64,000 nt of DNA from Lepidodermella squamata (GCA_047495785.1 JBLDXI010000015.1:3348001-3412000); one strand, 5' to 3'. Positions 49,834-62,909 are shown, numbered from the stretch's first letter. The notes: generated by a model not told the origin, from the sequence alone. Made by a program: numbers and translations.

Positions 49834-51113
49834 AAAGCTAGCTGTTGTGCCACGGGCGTTTTCGATGCCTTAATAGCGATATCTGGCGTGCCAATCACAA
49901 GTTGCCAGACGGTAGTGTAGGTTGGAAACGGCCCAAGCAGGTGGCGATGAGAGGGGTTATCTTTTTTTATAAAGCGTCTTCAGCCCTTTATCCAATAAAA
50001 AATGTAATGATATAATCCTGCACTGGTTAAATGTAAATACCAAACTGTGCGCTCACGGATGAAGAATGCGACAGACGAGATTGGGAGCGGAGTAGGGCGA
50101 GTCTATTAAGCAAAAAATCTGCAAGCACGTGCACGTGTAGTATAAATATTGCGCCGTGTGTTACTACGAAATTTACAACGAGAGCGCAGGTGAATCTATA
50201 CACAAATAAATATTCGAAGGCCGCGCACCTCTATTGACGGAGGACGGCTGCCGGCGGATTCACTAAAGCAAGTGACCATACGAAAAAGAAATAGCGATAG
50301 AAAACAGACACAAGCTAGGCTGCCGTTTTATGCGGCTTGGTATCAAAATGCAAGAACGGGCCCACCGGCGCTACTTTGAATGTTCCCAGGCAACCTCTTT
50401 AGCTTACTTTTCGAAGACAAGAATATCGGGTAAAAAGACGCACGCTCGCATACACATGACACATCGTATCATTTTAGTTAGTTTTTTGTGTTAATTTGAT
50501 TCATGCGGGCCTCGGTCCTGGGGCAAAAACGATGGTAATGGATTTGAAAGTAGTTATTCAAGGCGATGATCGTTTTTTATCTTATTAATGAAATCATCGT
50601 GCATCATCGTGTGTACCACAATTTCGAGAAGCTGTAAAACTACGACAAATTGGCAAGGAGGGAATTACATCGTGGCCGACGTAACTAAGAGAGTAGCACC
50701 TTTGAGCCTAGGGGGAAACTTTATTTCTAGGTAGCCATACCAATCGATATTGAGCATGGCAAAAGGGGAGCGAGACCCTCTCGGTCTAAATATAAACACA
50801 GCTTCAGCGGTTTTTACTCGTCTATAAAAGCGGGCGGCGCGAGAGGCCGGCATTCGCACACTCCAAATTGATTTAGCCAGTCGAGAATAAGTATCGCATT
50901 TACTTATATAACGCGATTGTTTATTTCAACTTTAGTGAATGCATTATAGCAACGAATATAACACGTGAGATTACAGAGTGGCTATATCACAATTTCATGT
51001 TTTTACATTATTACCAAGAATCAAAAGCACAATATAACCATCATAATGTATGAGTATACGATATTGTTTTTGCGCTGGTTAACAATATTTTTTTAAATTA
51101 AGCAGCGGCATCA

Positions 51114-53120
51114 TTAGCCAGGAATCGGCACTCCTGACTCCTTGGCCCACTTGCGAATAACGCGCGTAATGCCTTCGGCTTGAGGATTCGCGGTGGTACG
51201 TAGCATATGAATCACATCTGCGAGGCTCTCGCGCGCCTCCAGCCCGGCTACTACCAACTGAAAAACACCGCAACATGCACCGCGTTTACCTTCCCAATAC
51301 TCGGGGCTCGGATCGAGACGTTCAAGTGTATCAAAAGCTTTTGCCGAATAATAAAACTGGCCCATCTGTATTCATCAAAAAATATTTACGCGATATATTA
51401 GTTGCTTATATGCATTTATCTAAAAATAACGTACTCGATAGCAATCATTCGCTATTAGTTGCAGAAGCGAAAAAGCTTCCGCGCTCGTGTCCATCTGCAG
51501 ATACTGATCCCAGGCTTGCTGCGGTTTGCCGTTCATAATAAAACAGCGCGTAAGCCAGCTCTGGTATACATAATCGCGCTTTAGCTTCTCGCTTTGCACG
51601 AGTAGAAATACTTCCTCCGCATCTTTGTACTGGCCGAGCGTAGCTTTGCACTGCGCGTAATTGAAGTTGAACGTGTCGTCATTGTAAAAATACGATTTTA
51701 TCGAATTGAGATAGAGAAGCGAGTCCGAAAATTGCTTTATCAAGAAGAAGCACGATGCCATGCATTGGCGACCGGGAATAGTGTCACATTCGCTCGCGGA
51801 TGACCCGACCAGTTGAAAGAATTGCTGAGCCAATTTAATGTGCTCACGGCTGTTTGTTTCCTGTCCGAGAACAGCATTTACTATTCCTTTAAGAATATAT
51901 TCCTGCGGCTCAGTTGGCTCCAGGTCTTTCATGTACGAGAAAGCTTCGTTGATATTATCTTGGCGTAGATGGTATATCACCAAATTGAGACGCGCCTCTG
52001 GAATTACGTCGACTAGGGAAGGTAAAACCTGGAGCGCTCCCTCGCCATCCCGAAACACAACACTATTGTGACGTAGAACATCTTTGGCGAAATTAAACGA
52101 AGGCGAGGCTGACTCCATGAATGAGCGAAGCTCGGCCTCAGCCGCTTTGCCACTGTACAGTCGATAGTGATTACACGCTTTCAGGTTGATACCAATTGCA
52201 CTGTCAGGGTGGTGTTGCAAGTAAACGGCAAGAACTTCCTGAGAAACATCAAAGAAGTCTAGTTTGTAGTAGCACAAGGCAACGTAAGCATTCAGAGCTA
52301 AGAGCTCTCGTTTCTCCAACAAAATTCGTTTGAAAACATCGATTGCTTCCTGTAATTAACAAATAAATAAAAACACATCATACAATTGTACAACTGTTCA
52401 AACCTGAAAGTGTCTTCGGAGAAAATGGATGGACGCAAGAGTTAACTGATCATCAAGGACGTCCTTTAGCTGCTCATGATAAGCCATCAGTCGCTTTTCA
52501 TCTCCCAACTTGTGAGCAGTATGAAATAGCACTCTGTTTTGAAGACCACACTTTGGACCACTTTTTGCAGCTTTTTCGGCCTATGCAAATCAAATAATCA
52601 CAATGTATAAGTGACATGGCTTTCAATTTATTCTTACTTGCTCATACATGCCAAGCATGAAGTAGCAGCAGGCTAAATAGTTCCAAATATCTGAGGATGC
52701 TTGGGGTCTCTTGAGAAGAGCTTCATACTCCTAGTGACAAAATATTCGATTCGGGTGAATTTATTCGGCAAAATGTTACCTCCATCGCCCGCTTGTACTC
52801 CCCCAAATGAAACGCACAGTATGCAATCCACAGGTGTGTCGCTGCATTGTCTTTGCCGCTTTGCTTATTTATCTAGAATGAATAGGTAATTAGTGTAATC
52901 TCGCCAAAGCAAGAGTCCAAAATATAATTACCTCTAATAAAGCTAAAGCACCAGTAAAATCTCGAGATTTCAGAAAGTCGTCCAACTCAGGCAATTTCTT
53001 GTCTTTCTCTGACTTTCCATCTTTAGGGCCGAGTTGAACGGCCGGTTTTGCTCTGGATAGCATCTGCGCAATCGTAAAAAAATAAGTATAATATTAACCG
53101 GCATTCTGTCCAATTACCAT
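51114..53120 (-). CDS. TTC26: Intraflagellar transport protein 56 (TTC26), about 6 exons
   Basis: An ATG-only first exon gives [10 protein letters not shown]. Also [54 protein letters not shown]. Confidence 0.94.
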
Positions 53121-53880
53121 TTTTAAGCAGTTTGATGAGGAAAAGCCACTGGGATTTACACGTAAAGAGCACAGAAGATCAGCGATACGAACACGCAAAA
53201 CTGCCGCGCATCGCAGCCGTATCGCAGGACGCCAAACTGCATTAATCGGACAACAAATAATAAATTTACATAGAGTTTATTAAAATTATTGAATAAGTAG
53301 TTTTAATAATTTTGTTTTAAAATATGTGAAAAACTCCTGTATTAAAATTCAAAATTGCGGAACAGGAAACGAAAATCGCATTGCGAAGTCATTAAGCTAT
53401 TCTATTGTTCACGCCATACGCCATCGAATCTACATACCCCTATACCCAACCCTTGACGTGAAATGTTTCAACTAGCAAGTAAACTTGATCTGCTGTTAAT
53501 TTTTAGTAGCTTCCGCATCCTTCTGAATCGGTTGTTGAGATAAAGCGTGATACAATTGGTAGTTGATTTGTGGCTTGCGGCTGACGTGAGCTTTCTTAAC
53601 CCGAACGTTTTATTATCGTTCTCTATTGTTTAATGCTCAACTGATGGGCTCGACTAGCTATTATATCTCATTTATACATTCTTTTAATTCTAGCTAGTAC
53701 AATGGCCAGTGGCAAGTTACTTGTTTCTTGTTTCCATCATTTTTCATTTCCTGCAACTTGACGCGGTCTCGCTACTGGCCATCGTCCCCTTTTTTATTCG
53801 TTCATCCTCTTTTGTTGTTCATTCAAAGAAGGGCTTTTTAACTATTATTATTGTTTAAGAGTTACTGAGCCATCTGATTA

Positions 53881-54417
53881 ATGAAGCGAGTTTCAAACGC
53901 CTCGGCATCTGCTGGACCGAGCCCTTCGAAAACCGATTCAATTGCTGACCGTCAGCTCCGGGTTATTTGCTCAGATATTGCACATCTGACGTTATGGGCC
54001 GACATGCTGAGTGACTCTGAAATTTTCTATGAAATGGTTGCTTTCATTGACAACATTACTCGCCCTGTTTTGAACGGTGATCAATTGAAATTCAATCTGT
54101 ATCAAGACAGCCAGAGTTTCCCCGCAATGTTTTTCGAAAACCCAGACGATTCCCACTTCTTTCCTGAAATTGACCCAAGAATTGCTTACAGAATGATGGG
54201 AAAGCTGCAGAAGGCACCCAGAGATGGCTATTATTTCAACTGCTTTACAGTGAGGCCAGCATCAGGTGATGAGATCAAGTTTTTTTCCGTTTGCATTGCC
54301 AACTCAGCAAGAACCATTCGAACACTATCAAAGAATTCCGACCGCGGTTTTCCATTTCAACGCAAAAGTCTTCCTCCAGCTCTAACTTCCGAGCCTACGT
54401 CGTCTCGGAGATTCTGA
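53881..54417 (+). CDS. SPATA22: SPATA22-like meiotic OB-fold protein
   Basis: LRVI..W...FYEMVAFID...FPAMFFE...RMMG...FNCFTVRPAS resembles the recalled SPATA22 C-terminal domain (LRII..W..FEV.A.LD..LPCVFYE..FQCVSVRPAS). Confidence 0.65.
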   Translation: MKRVSNASASAGPSPSKTDSIADRQLRVICSDIAHLTLWADMLSDSEIFYEMVAFIDNITRPVLNGDQLKFNLYQDSQSFPAMFFENPDDSHFFPEIDPRIAYRMMGKLQKAPRDGYYFNCFTVRPASGDEIKFFSVCIANSARTIRTLSKNSDRGFPFQRKSLPPALTSEPTSSRRF

Positions 54418-54586
54418 CATCCAAATTCCGCTAAAAACTTGAATATGTATTTGAATATGTATCAACTGGTTTACACTTTTCAAACTCGTGTACAACTCTG
54501 ATGTATCAAATCTTACATTGATCCTTGTTGTGATTCTCAATTTTAACAGCTGATTATTGATTTATTTTCGTTATTTCTAGAATTTA

Positions 54587-56490
54587 ATGTCACTAAACGT
54601 GTTAACGCCTCTAAAAGAAAATTGGGGCTGTTCTATTCCAATCAGCCCGGTGCTCCAGGTCTCTGGCGGAGATCATGGTCTTCTCAAAGTTCCCGGCAGC
54701 CCTTACCCAAAGATGTCATCCTGTTACCGGCCAACTTCTTCAATGGCAAATCCTCGCCCCACAAACATCCACAATAGCAGTGTCCACCGCGAACACAATC
54801 TAAGTGAGGCTGATGAGCATGACGGTGATTCTGGAATCATCACCTTCTCATCGGTGGAGACTTCGTCGTTCGACGCTCACATGGATACTAGCGGTGGCCG
54901 CCTTTCGACTTCCCCGACTGGTTCTCCAATTTGCCCTCCAACGAAAAAGTTCTGCCGGCTGAACTTGACCGGCACATCTTCGCCAACCTTCTCCCACTTC
55001 GACTGCGGCAATGCAGGCGCGTTCTCCTCGCCCACAGTCAACCTCGACCAGCCGAGTTATCGCCATCGGCGGTCGTCGATCAGACGCTCTTCCGGTACAA
55101 CGAGTCAAGCTAGTCATCACCTTCCTTTCAACTCCAGCACTTTCGGCTCAGGTGCTCAAATCTCAAACTGTGCCTCGACGCCCTCGCCTCTTGCCCAGAA
55201 GCGGTTGCCAAACTACCGCAACCCGTACCTGAAACCAGTCGTGACCTACGAAGGCCCAATCGCCGATCCTAGCCCTCCGATCAACCCGGGCGATCACTTC
55301 CTGTTCTCCATGGACGAAAGCCGACCGGCGCGGCTCAACGAGCTGAATCAACGTCGGTACGATGACGAATTCGTGGAGTTGCAAGATTTGAACGGAGGTC
55401 GGTTCGGCATGACCTATCTAGCTCGGCATCGGTTGGACGGTCGGACGTACTGCATCAAGAAACTGCCAGTCCCCTTCGCGTGCGGATCAGGCCTTCAGCA
55501 AAGGCTTCTGAAAGAAGCATTCGCCCTGGCTGCGGTCGATCACCCGAATCTCGTTCGCTACTTCTCAGCATGGGTTGAATCGGGCAGTTTTTTCATGCAG
55601 CTCGAATTTTGTACCGGAGGCTCGTTGCAGCAAGCAATCGATGCTGGTCGGCTGTTGACCAGCGAGGGCGAACTCATTCGCCTGTTGCTCCACACGTGCC
55701 GCGGTCTACGCCACCTGCACCACTCGGCTCGTTTGGCGCATCTCGACATCAAACCAGCCAACGTTTTAGTTCATCTGTCAATCGATGGCAATGTTGTGTA
55801 TAAACTCGGTGATTTCGGCCACGTGACTAGCATCGACAACGAAGACGCCGAGTGGGACGAGGGCGATTCGCGTTTCATGGCTCGCGAAATTCTAGAGCGG
55901 CCGTTTGGTACGACAGGCGATTCGCCGGTTAAGGTGGACCTTTGCCGCGCAGATATTTTCTCACTCGGCCTCACAGTTCTAGCCGTAGCCACCGGCCTCG
56001 AGTTGCCGAACAACGGCCCGGATTGGCTTGCTCTTCGCACCGTTGGCCTTCCTCCTCTCACCATCAGCAGCATGAGGCTCTACAATCTTCTACGTGGCAT
56101 GACTGATCCAGTGCCGCGGAACAGACCGAACGCGATTGCTTTATGCTCATCGTAAGTTAATTACACAAATTTGAGGATGCTTTTCTAATTATTCGTTATA
56201 GGCTGAATGAAATGTCAGATCGCTGCACGTTGAGGCAGGCTATCGTAGGTGGTGCGATTGCGTCGCGGTCCGCGCCGGCTGGTTTCCAGGAAGACTCTGA
56301 CGATGAGGAGAACAACTACGACTGCGGCCGGCGTCGCAAAACTCGAATTCTACTGCCAGCAGACTCGAAAAACTCGGACGAGATAAGCTCTAGACAATTT
56401 TCGAAAGCCGCTCGGCGGGCCGTTCCGTCAGCCCCATCGTCGTCGGCCGGGGCGACGCGATTCCGCCGAACTGCGAGTTGGTTAGCGTAG
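54587..56490 (+). CDS. WEE1: Wee1-family kinase; exons 54587-56151, 56202-56490
   Basis: RYDDEF, HPNLVRYFSAW, HLDIKPANV, YKLGDFGHVT, EGDSRFMAREIL, ADIFSLGLT, LPNNGPDW; SP/TP-rich N-terminus. Confidence 0.88.
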
Positions 56491-57786
56491 AGTGGGAGAT
56501 CATAACACATAATTGACATTTAAATTTCGAAGATCGTTAGAGCTTTTCCGTGAATTTATAAATATATATGCGATATATATATGTATGTGTCTATCTATTT
56601 GTCGTTGCTGATTTTGTCCTCCTTAAAAAATGATAATTTTATTTAACGAAAATAATTATGCGCCTCACACTCAGCTCTTACGTCCTATAGCCGAGATGAT
56701 TAGAAAATTATATTTAACCTTTGATACACATTATTCGAGTTGTGCTTTGTCGCGTTAACGCGCTCTTTATTGCTGCCACAGCCCGCGCGCCTTTCAAAAC
56801 AAACCGAAAAACTTGTCACTCCGCGGCTGTCGTACTAATTAATTACGTTGTCTTTTGTGCTTTACCCACGGCTTTTCTACTACGCAAAAAAACACACGTG
56901 TTTTGTAGATAGATGATGATATTTGTTGGCTCCAAATCTACCGGCTTCTATATTTACCTTTGTTTTTCTTCCCGGAAGCCATCTTGCGCAATTTTTTGAA
57001 AACTCAGCTTTCTTTCGATTTTTTACCCTCGCTTCTCTCGCCAGAACATGATGTGAAACAACGCTAGTCGCAGCATCGTTTTGTTGTACTTTCCATTACA
57101 TACATATTATTGTACTGCTGTTACACCACAAGACGCCAATTATTTAGCCGAACTGTTTTGTGACGATATTATTATACCTATTAATCGCTTCATTTAACCA
57201 CTATTTGTATCCTTCATTATATACCTACTCAGTTTTTGACTTCAACATAGAATTTCAAGTGTATAGCCGGTCGAGCGATGACCTTCGCTAAATCGTCTCT
57301 AAATTTGGGATTTTTTTTCAAATTTCGGGTGGCTATTTTATGATTTTTTTCGAAATTTTCCGCTTTGGCGAAGGTTGTCTGCTAATTATCGCAATATTTA
57401 TTACTTAATTTCTCTCAATTTTGTAAGTGTTTTCTTAAGAAAAAATCTATTTGAGCAGTTGTTAACTGTCTTATTATCACCATAATTAGTTTCTGATAAC
57501 CTTTTTTTTACCTTGACAAATCTCACATGGTGTGAGCACCGTGTTATGTTAATTTGAAAAACACCGATTTCAGCTCACATTTCTACTATATACCTTATAT
57601 GTATCTCTCTACGTATAACTTCGCAACTTTCCGAGTTACTTACATGTTTACTTTACTGATAATTTGCTACAGGATTTGAAAAACTGATAAGTCTTGTGTT
57701 GAATAAAACTTGGATACCCCAATTGACTGTTTGGTTTGGTGGAACAAAAGACAAAGTGAAAAGATTAATACCAAATAATCGAATAT

Positions 57787-58082
57787 GGTAAGGTAAATAG
57801 CCCGAGAGTGGGGTACAGTTGGATAGCCTGAAAGAAATGCAGTCCAAATATGGCATACGATTTACATTTTGATCAGACGGCTTCAGTTGGGCAGTCAACA
57901 AGTTATGTGCGAGTTAGGTAAGATACGAAGTTTTAACAAAAATATAAATTTTTCGTATTTTTGCCAAAACTTCACCTGCTACTTTATGTCCCTAGATGGG
58001 CTGTATTTATGTGCATTGTACACATCCAGGTCTTTCCTTGGGTTATCCAACGGCACCCCACTCACTGGTTATTTACCTTACC
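57787..58082. mobile_element. MITE-like element (~300 bp) with ~48-bp imperfect TIRs
   Basis: GGTAAGGTAAATAGCCCGAGAGTGGGGTACAGTTGGATAGCC versus reverse complement GGTAAGGTAAATAACCAGTGAGTGGGGTGCCGTTGGATAACC; flanks ATAT / ATTT. Confidence 0.75.
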
Positions 58083-59326
58083 ATTTTTGATTTTTGGTAC
58101 GCCAAAGTCATCCCAGTTTACGGTATTTACCCCCTCTCATTTTTTGAGGAGTGCATGCTCTCGCCAATTTCATTGTGATATTCAGGGTAAAAGAGGAGTA
58201 AATATCGATGGTTTTGCGCTAAAACAGGCCAATAGGCTGCATTGAGATATACGCCCATAAAAACTGTGCGGAGTATATGCGAGTATATGGTTATACACAG
58301 GGCTAATAGCATTTTGGTGCATGCACAAGAGAATGCACTCAGACGAGAGCGATCGATTCTTCCGCAGTAACATGGTATATTTGCGTATTTTGTTCTCTTG
58401 TTTTTTTCACTTTTATCATATCATTCTTTCTTAGATCTCCCGCATCATTTTTGCTGAAAGTAGGACATTGAAAGCATGCGCTTTAAATTACCCACGATTT
58501 TAGTAATTCTGACCTGATCTGTTCATGGAACGGAGTAGGAATGTTTTCCATAGTTGTCCATTCTAAATCGCAGTAAAATTTTCTTCTAGAATGATTAGAA
58601 TCTCCGATAGATTGATGGAGGCTTCTTATCAGATTCTTTGGGAGTTTAGTGAAATCTGAGCTTACCGCAAAGTTAAACTCCTGTTTTGAGATTATAGCAA
58701 AAATAGAGTAGAAAGGTTGTTTTGGCTGAGATTCCGAAAGTGGCTGCTGGATACTCTGTTAGGAAAATATTCCATTATTTCGTTGTTGTGGCGTTTATCA
58801 AGCTGATAATGTGGTTTGGGCCCCTGGATAATTTGAAACTATCGCCCTTTTCCTCAAACAACCACCTACAAAACACAACACAACTTCTGATCAAAGATAG
58901 AAAGCCAAGTTCGTCGGTTTGGGGCTCAAACTCCGCCTAGAACTTGACAGCTAGTTAGACGGAAACTGTGGACTTATCGATCGTGCGTGAATCCTACAAT
59001 CTACTTACGGTCGAAGGTCGAAGCCTTACGAACAATCCAAACAGTCTCTTAATTAGGTGTAACCAGAAGTACTCTTTATTGCCTTTTAAAATTTAGCATT
59101 TGGTATCAGGCGCATGCCATCTTCACAATGCTTAGGAGCCGACTATTCCCATGATTGCTTTGGCCGCTGAGTAGCCACATCTTTAATCTTTACCATATAT
59201 TACCGGTGAATGGCGGCCCATACCAGAAGGGAGGAGTTACTTGGCGGTGTTACCCTTCCTGTCAACCCTTCCTGTCAGCTTGATAAACGCCGCATTCAAT
59301 GCATAGATGATTGATATTGCGGTTAT

Positions 59327-59493
59327 CAGGGTGCGAAGTACAGGGGTGCTGGGGTGTCGCGACACCCCAGCTCCGGGACTGCAACCAGAGGAAGGCTGAA
59401 AAAATCCACAGGGGGGACCCTTTGGTTTCTTCTGCTGGGTCATAGAAAACAAGTAGAAAACACCTTAGCTCCCGGGTCCTACTTCGCACACTG
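59327..59493. mobile_element. hAT-type MITE (167 bp) nested in the Sola element
   Basis: TIR CAGGGTGCGAAGTA / TACTTCGCACACTG; 8-bp TSD GCGGTTAT (59319-59326, 59494-59501); internal 24-bp palindrome 59348-59371. Confidence 0.88.
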
Positions 59494-59757
59494 GCGGTTA
59501 TTGGGATTGAACCCGGTGCTTTTGAGATGCCTAGGCCGCTCGATCACATGCTACTCACGTGCTAGGGTCAGCTTTTATACGACTGGGATAACTGTAAATC
59601 TGAGGAAATGCAGCCTTAGGTCAAGAACAGAACTTCTCAGATTGGCAATTCGGCTTTCGACAACTCCCTGTTTTCTATCCTTGACATTTTAATTTATGAC
59701 GCTTGTCATTTAGGACTGAAGCATTCAACGTTTCATTTTTAACAACGATTTGAGCTG

Positions 59758-61657
59758 ATGACTGATAACGACCATTGGCTGAAACAGTTTCCTCCGAGGA
59801 TAGTGGATTCTAGACACCGCCCATCCAAACAAGCGATGGAAAGAAAACGCAAGCGCAACTCTGGGAAACCCTACCGTCAGTCAGATAAAGGGGTTAGCGC
59901 TAAGTTTAATTCCGGTCGTAAGCCTGTTTACTTCAAGTGTGGTTGCTGGCGTAAATGCTCCTTGAAATTCAATGAAAATTCAGTCAAACAATGCTTTAAC
60001 ACTTACTGGTCCCGAGCATCTATCGACGCTAGACGAGCATTCATCAACCGTTACGTCAGTTATAAACAGAAACGAGAGAATGTTCCTCGAAGATTTGATT
60101 ATTACTTACCAGGCAACTACTTGGCAACCCCTTCGCCTTCACAATCTAGGGACTCAATCGAAGTATGCAGGTCTTTCTTTCTGAAGGCGCTCGATGAAAC
60201 TCGCGCTTTTATAAACACAACTGTTGAGAAAAAAGTCGAAGACGGCTTCTACATCATACCAGATCAACGCGGTCGCCATAAGCCGCCGAATACCACCAGC
60301 GATAATTCTTACAAATTTGTTTATCAGCACATCACTTCTTTCGAGCGATTAGACAGTCATTATGCGAGAAGTCAAACTAGCAAGCAATATCTCGGGTCCG
60401 CGCTCAATCTGAGGGAAATGCATAGAATGTACTGCATAGTACACCAAAATTGGGCTCTGCGTACTGATGAGAAACCCGTCAAATACGCTACTTACCGATC
60501 CATATTCAAGAGATCTTTTCCCAATCTCGCTTTCAGTCATCCGAAGAAGGACACCTGCAAGAAATGCACACGATTTGCGACTTTGCCGGATGAACTGTTC
60601 ACCCATGAAGTGATCGTGGAGAAACGGAACCACGAATCCAACAGAGACGCTGCAAGAGATGCCAAGAATGCTGACAAAATTCTAGCAAAACAGTCGAAAG
60701 GATTGATCTTGTGCATCCAGTTTGATATGTATGCAGTCAATCCTCGAAAGCCCTTGCTGCTCGATAATGTACAAAAAAAAGTTCCACACCTCAAACCTGA
60801 CTTTCTACGATACTTCATCAAAATATGTCTACTGTTTCATGTGGGATCAAACAGAAGGGGGTCGTGGGACGGATGAAGTTGGTTCATGTCTCTATAAATT
60901 CATCACTGAAATGATTCCTGACGAAGTTGAGCAGTTGATTCTATGGAGCGACAGCACTGGAAGCCAAAACAAATCTCAGTACATTGTCAACGCTTTATTC
61001 GCAGCCTTGTCCAATTCCAAAGGTAATCTCAAAGTCATCGATCACAAGTTTTTCGAGCCGGGCCACTCGCAAATGGAATGTGATTCCGTGCATGCCACTA
61101 TTGAAAGGGAAGCTAAGAAACGAGTCAACATCAGCTATTCAAACGAATGGAGAGAAATCGTGGCCGCGTCGCGGAAGGCTCCGATTGATGCTGATCTGAG
61201 ACTCGAAGTGTACGGCGAGGAAACACCAAACCGCTTGAAAGTGAAACCATACAGCATAACTGAAATGCAATTTGCAAGCTTCTTCAGCTTTGACAAGTCA
61301 CCAAAGTTCGCTCAGTATTTGCAAGACGAACAGAAAAATGATGTTAAATGGTCGGAGCCATGTTGGTTCAGATACGAGAAAGACTACCCTAATTATCTCC
61401 AAACCAAGAAAACTTTCGACTTGGCTTTTCATACTTTCGTCGCTAAGCGCTACAACAAAGACGTCATTTTGTTTCCTTTCCAACTTGTTCAAAAATACGA
61501 AAAGCGATTGCCGATCGAATCCAGTCTTAAGAAGGATCTCATCGAAATGGTCAACAAAGGCACCATTCCAGAAGCTAATCGCTCAGTCATAATGGCTTAC
61601 GAAGAAGACGCAGACAAACCTACTGCTTGTAGCATTGACGCTAAACCTCCGCCGTGA
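59758..61657 (+). pseudogene. Sola-type DDD transposase, frameshifted by a TATG duplication at 60726-60733
   Basis: VCRSFFL, DQRGRH, SHYAR, PKKDTCKKC, FD(M)QSIL, WDQTEGGRG, LWSDSTGSQNKS, GHSQMECDSVH. Two overlapping ORFs fuse if 4 nt are removed. Confidence 0.82.
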
Positions 61658-62143
61658 CATTACGCCGTCGAAACTTGGATGGATATGACTACTTGAAAGC
61701 GTTTCAAAATTATTAAAACAAGCTTATTGTTGAGAGTTTGAACTGTGTTTTACTCGAGCTGTCTAGGAACGATTCAGTCCATGAGTTTCTGAAACGTTTC
61801 CTCCATGATTATCTCGGAATTCCCAGCGCAGATACCTCAGAATGACCGCAGTATCGAAGATATTTGTTGGTCATTATTTGTCCAGTACATATATTTTTTC
61901 ACACAGAATACAATGGGCTATATCTTACTACATGTGTGCGTAGTACTATTTATAGTGCGTAGTACTCTGGATAGGAATTTTTTCATTGGCTCCTTATAGC
62001 GCAAAATCATCGATATCTGGCTGGTGATTAACTATGGCAATTCGTTTTTTCAAGCGGCAATCACCCTCGCGCACACATTTTAATTATATTTTATATAAAA
62101 ATGCATTGATTCGAATTGTGTCAAATTTTGATTTGAGTGAATT

Positions 62144-62860
62144 GTGAATTATAATAAAAAAATCCGCCTTAACAAAAGCACAACTTCTAAAATGAAAAAA
62201 ACCAGTAGGTATCGAAGAAAACTTGCTATGAATATTAGCGCCAAACTCATTGCGTGGACACGCATAAGTGAAGCCGAATTTTCAGGCTATAAATTTGTCG
62301 CATCACCACCGGACCAAATCGAATTGAAAATAACAGCGGAATGGTCGTCGCGTGTTCTGCGTTATGCCATCGAAATTTCGCCTTCTTTTGGAAATCCTCG
62401 CACATTTTATTTGAAGTTCGAGCCGCCTAATGGCTGCTTTGACGTCAATCAAAATGGTATTATCAGCGTTGAGCGGTGCTATCTGTTGCCGGATGAACCT
62501 TCAAGGCAAGCGATGATAACTTCGTTGGTAATGAAGTTTCCCAACTTCGAAGACGCGCTGGCTACGTTACGCAGAGTGAAAGGATTCATAGGCTACCGAT
62601 TTGAACAGCAGGACTGCTTTAAGAGACAGTTCACTGAAAACATAATTAACCGCCGTTTACATGATATCCAAGCTGATGATCATGAGAAAAATGCCGATTA
62701 CTACAAAAGAGTATCATGGCATCACTACAAACCCCCGGCGATTTCTTTCGGCCTAATCAAGCCGTTCTTAATCCGAGACCACATGTTAAATTTCGATAGA
62801 TTGCGCGAGGGAATAGGAAACCTGTATTGGGACCAGCTTATCGGACAGCCTAGGTCCTAG
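62144..62860 (+). CDS. Hypothetical protein (unrecognised; first ATG probably 62191)
   Basis: 238-codon ORF with globular-like composition; no motif recognised. Confidence 0.5.
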   Translation: MNYNKKIRLNKSTTSKMKKTSRYRRKLAMNISAKLIAWTRISEAEFSGYKFVASPPDQIELKITAEWSSRVLRYAIEISPSFGNPRTFYLKFEPPNGCFDVNQNGIISVERCYLLPDEPSRQAMITSLVMKFPNFEDALATLRRVKGFIGYRFEQQDCFKRQFTENIINRRLHDIQADDHEKNADYYKRVSWHHYKPPAISFGLIKPFLIRDHMLNFDRLREGIGNLYWDQLIGQPRS

Positions 62861-62909
62861 GTGTACCCGTCACCAGTCTACAACCGACCAACACGACGAT
62901 GTAAGACTG

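Larger units (their letters stand above)
58206..62012 (+). mobile_element. Sola-type (probably Sola1) DNA transposon, about 3.8 kb
   Basis: 28-bp imperfect TIRs CGATGGTTTTGCGCTAAAACAGGCCAAT / CGATGATTTTGCGCTATAAGGAGCCAAT; 4-bp ATAT on both sides (58202-58205, 62013-62016); internal transposase. Confidence 0.8.

Noticed and set aside
53773-53795. TACTGGCC resembling the miR-193 seed
   Set aside because: Lies at the base of the stem with a large loop; geometry does not fit a pre-miRNA.
60722-60876. Programmed ribosomal frameshift between the transposase ORFs
   Set aside because: Protein similarity switches frame exactly at the TATG duplication, upstream of the A-run, so a mutation explains it.
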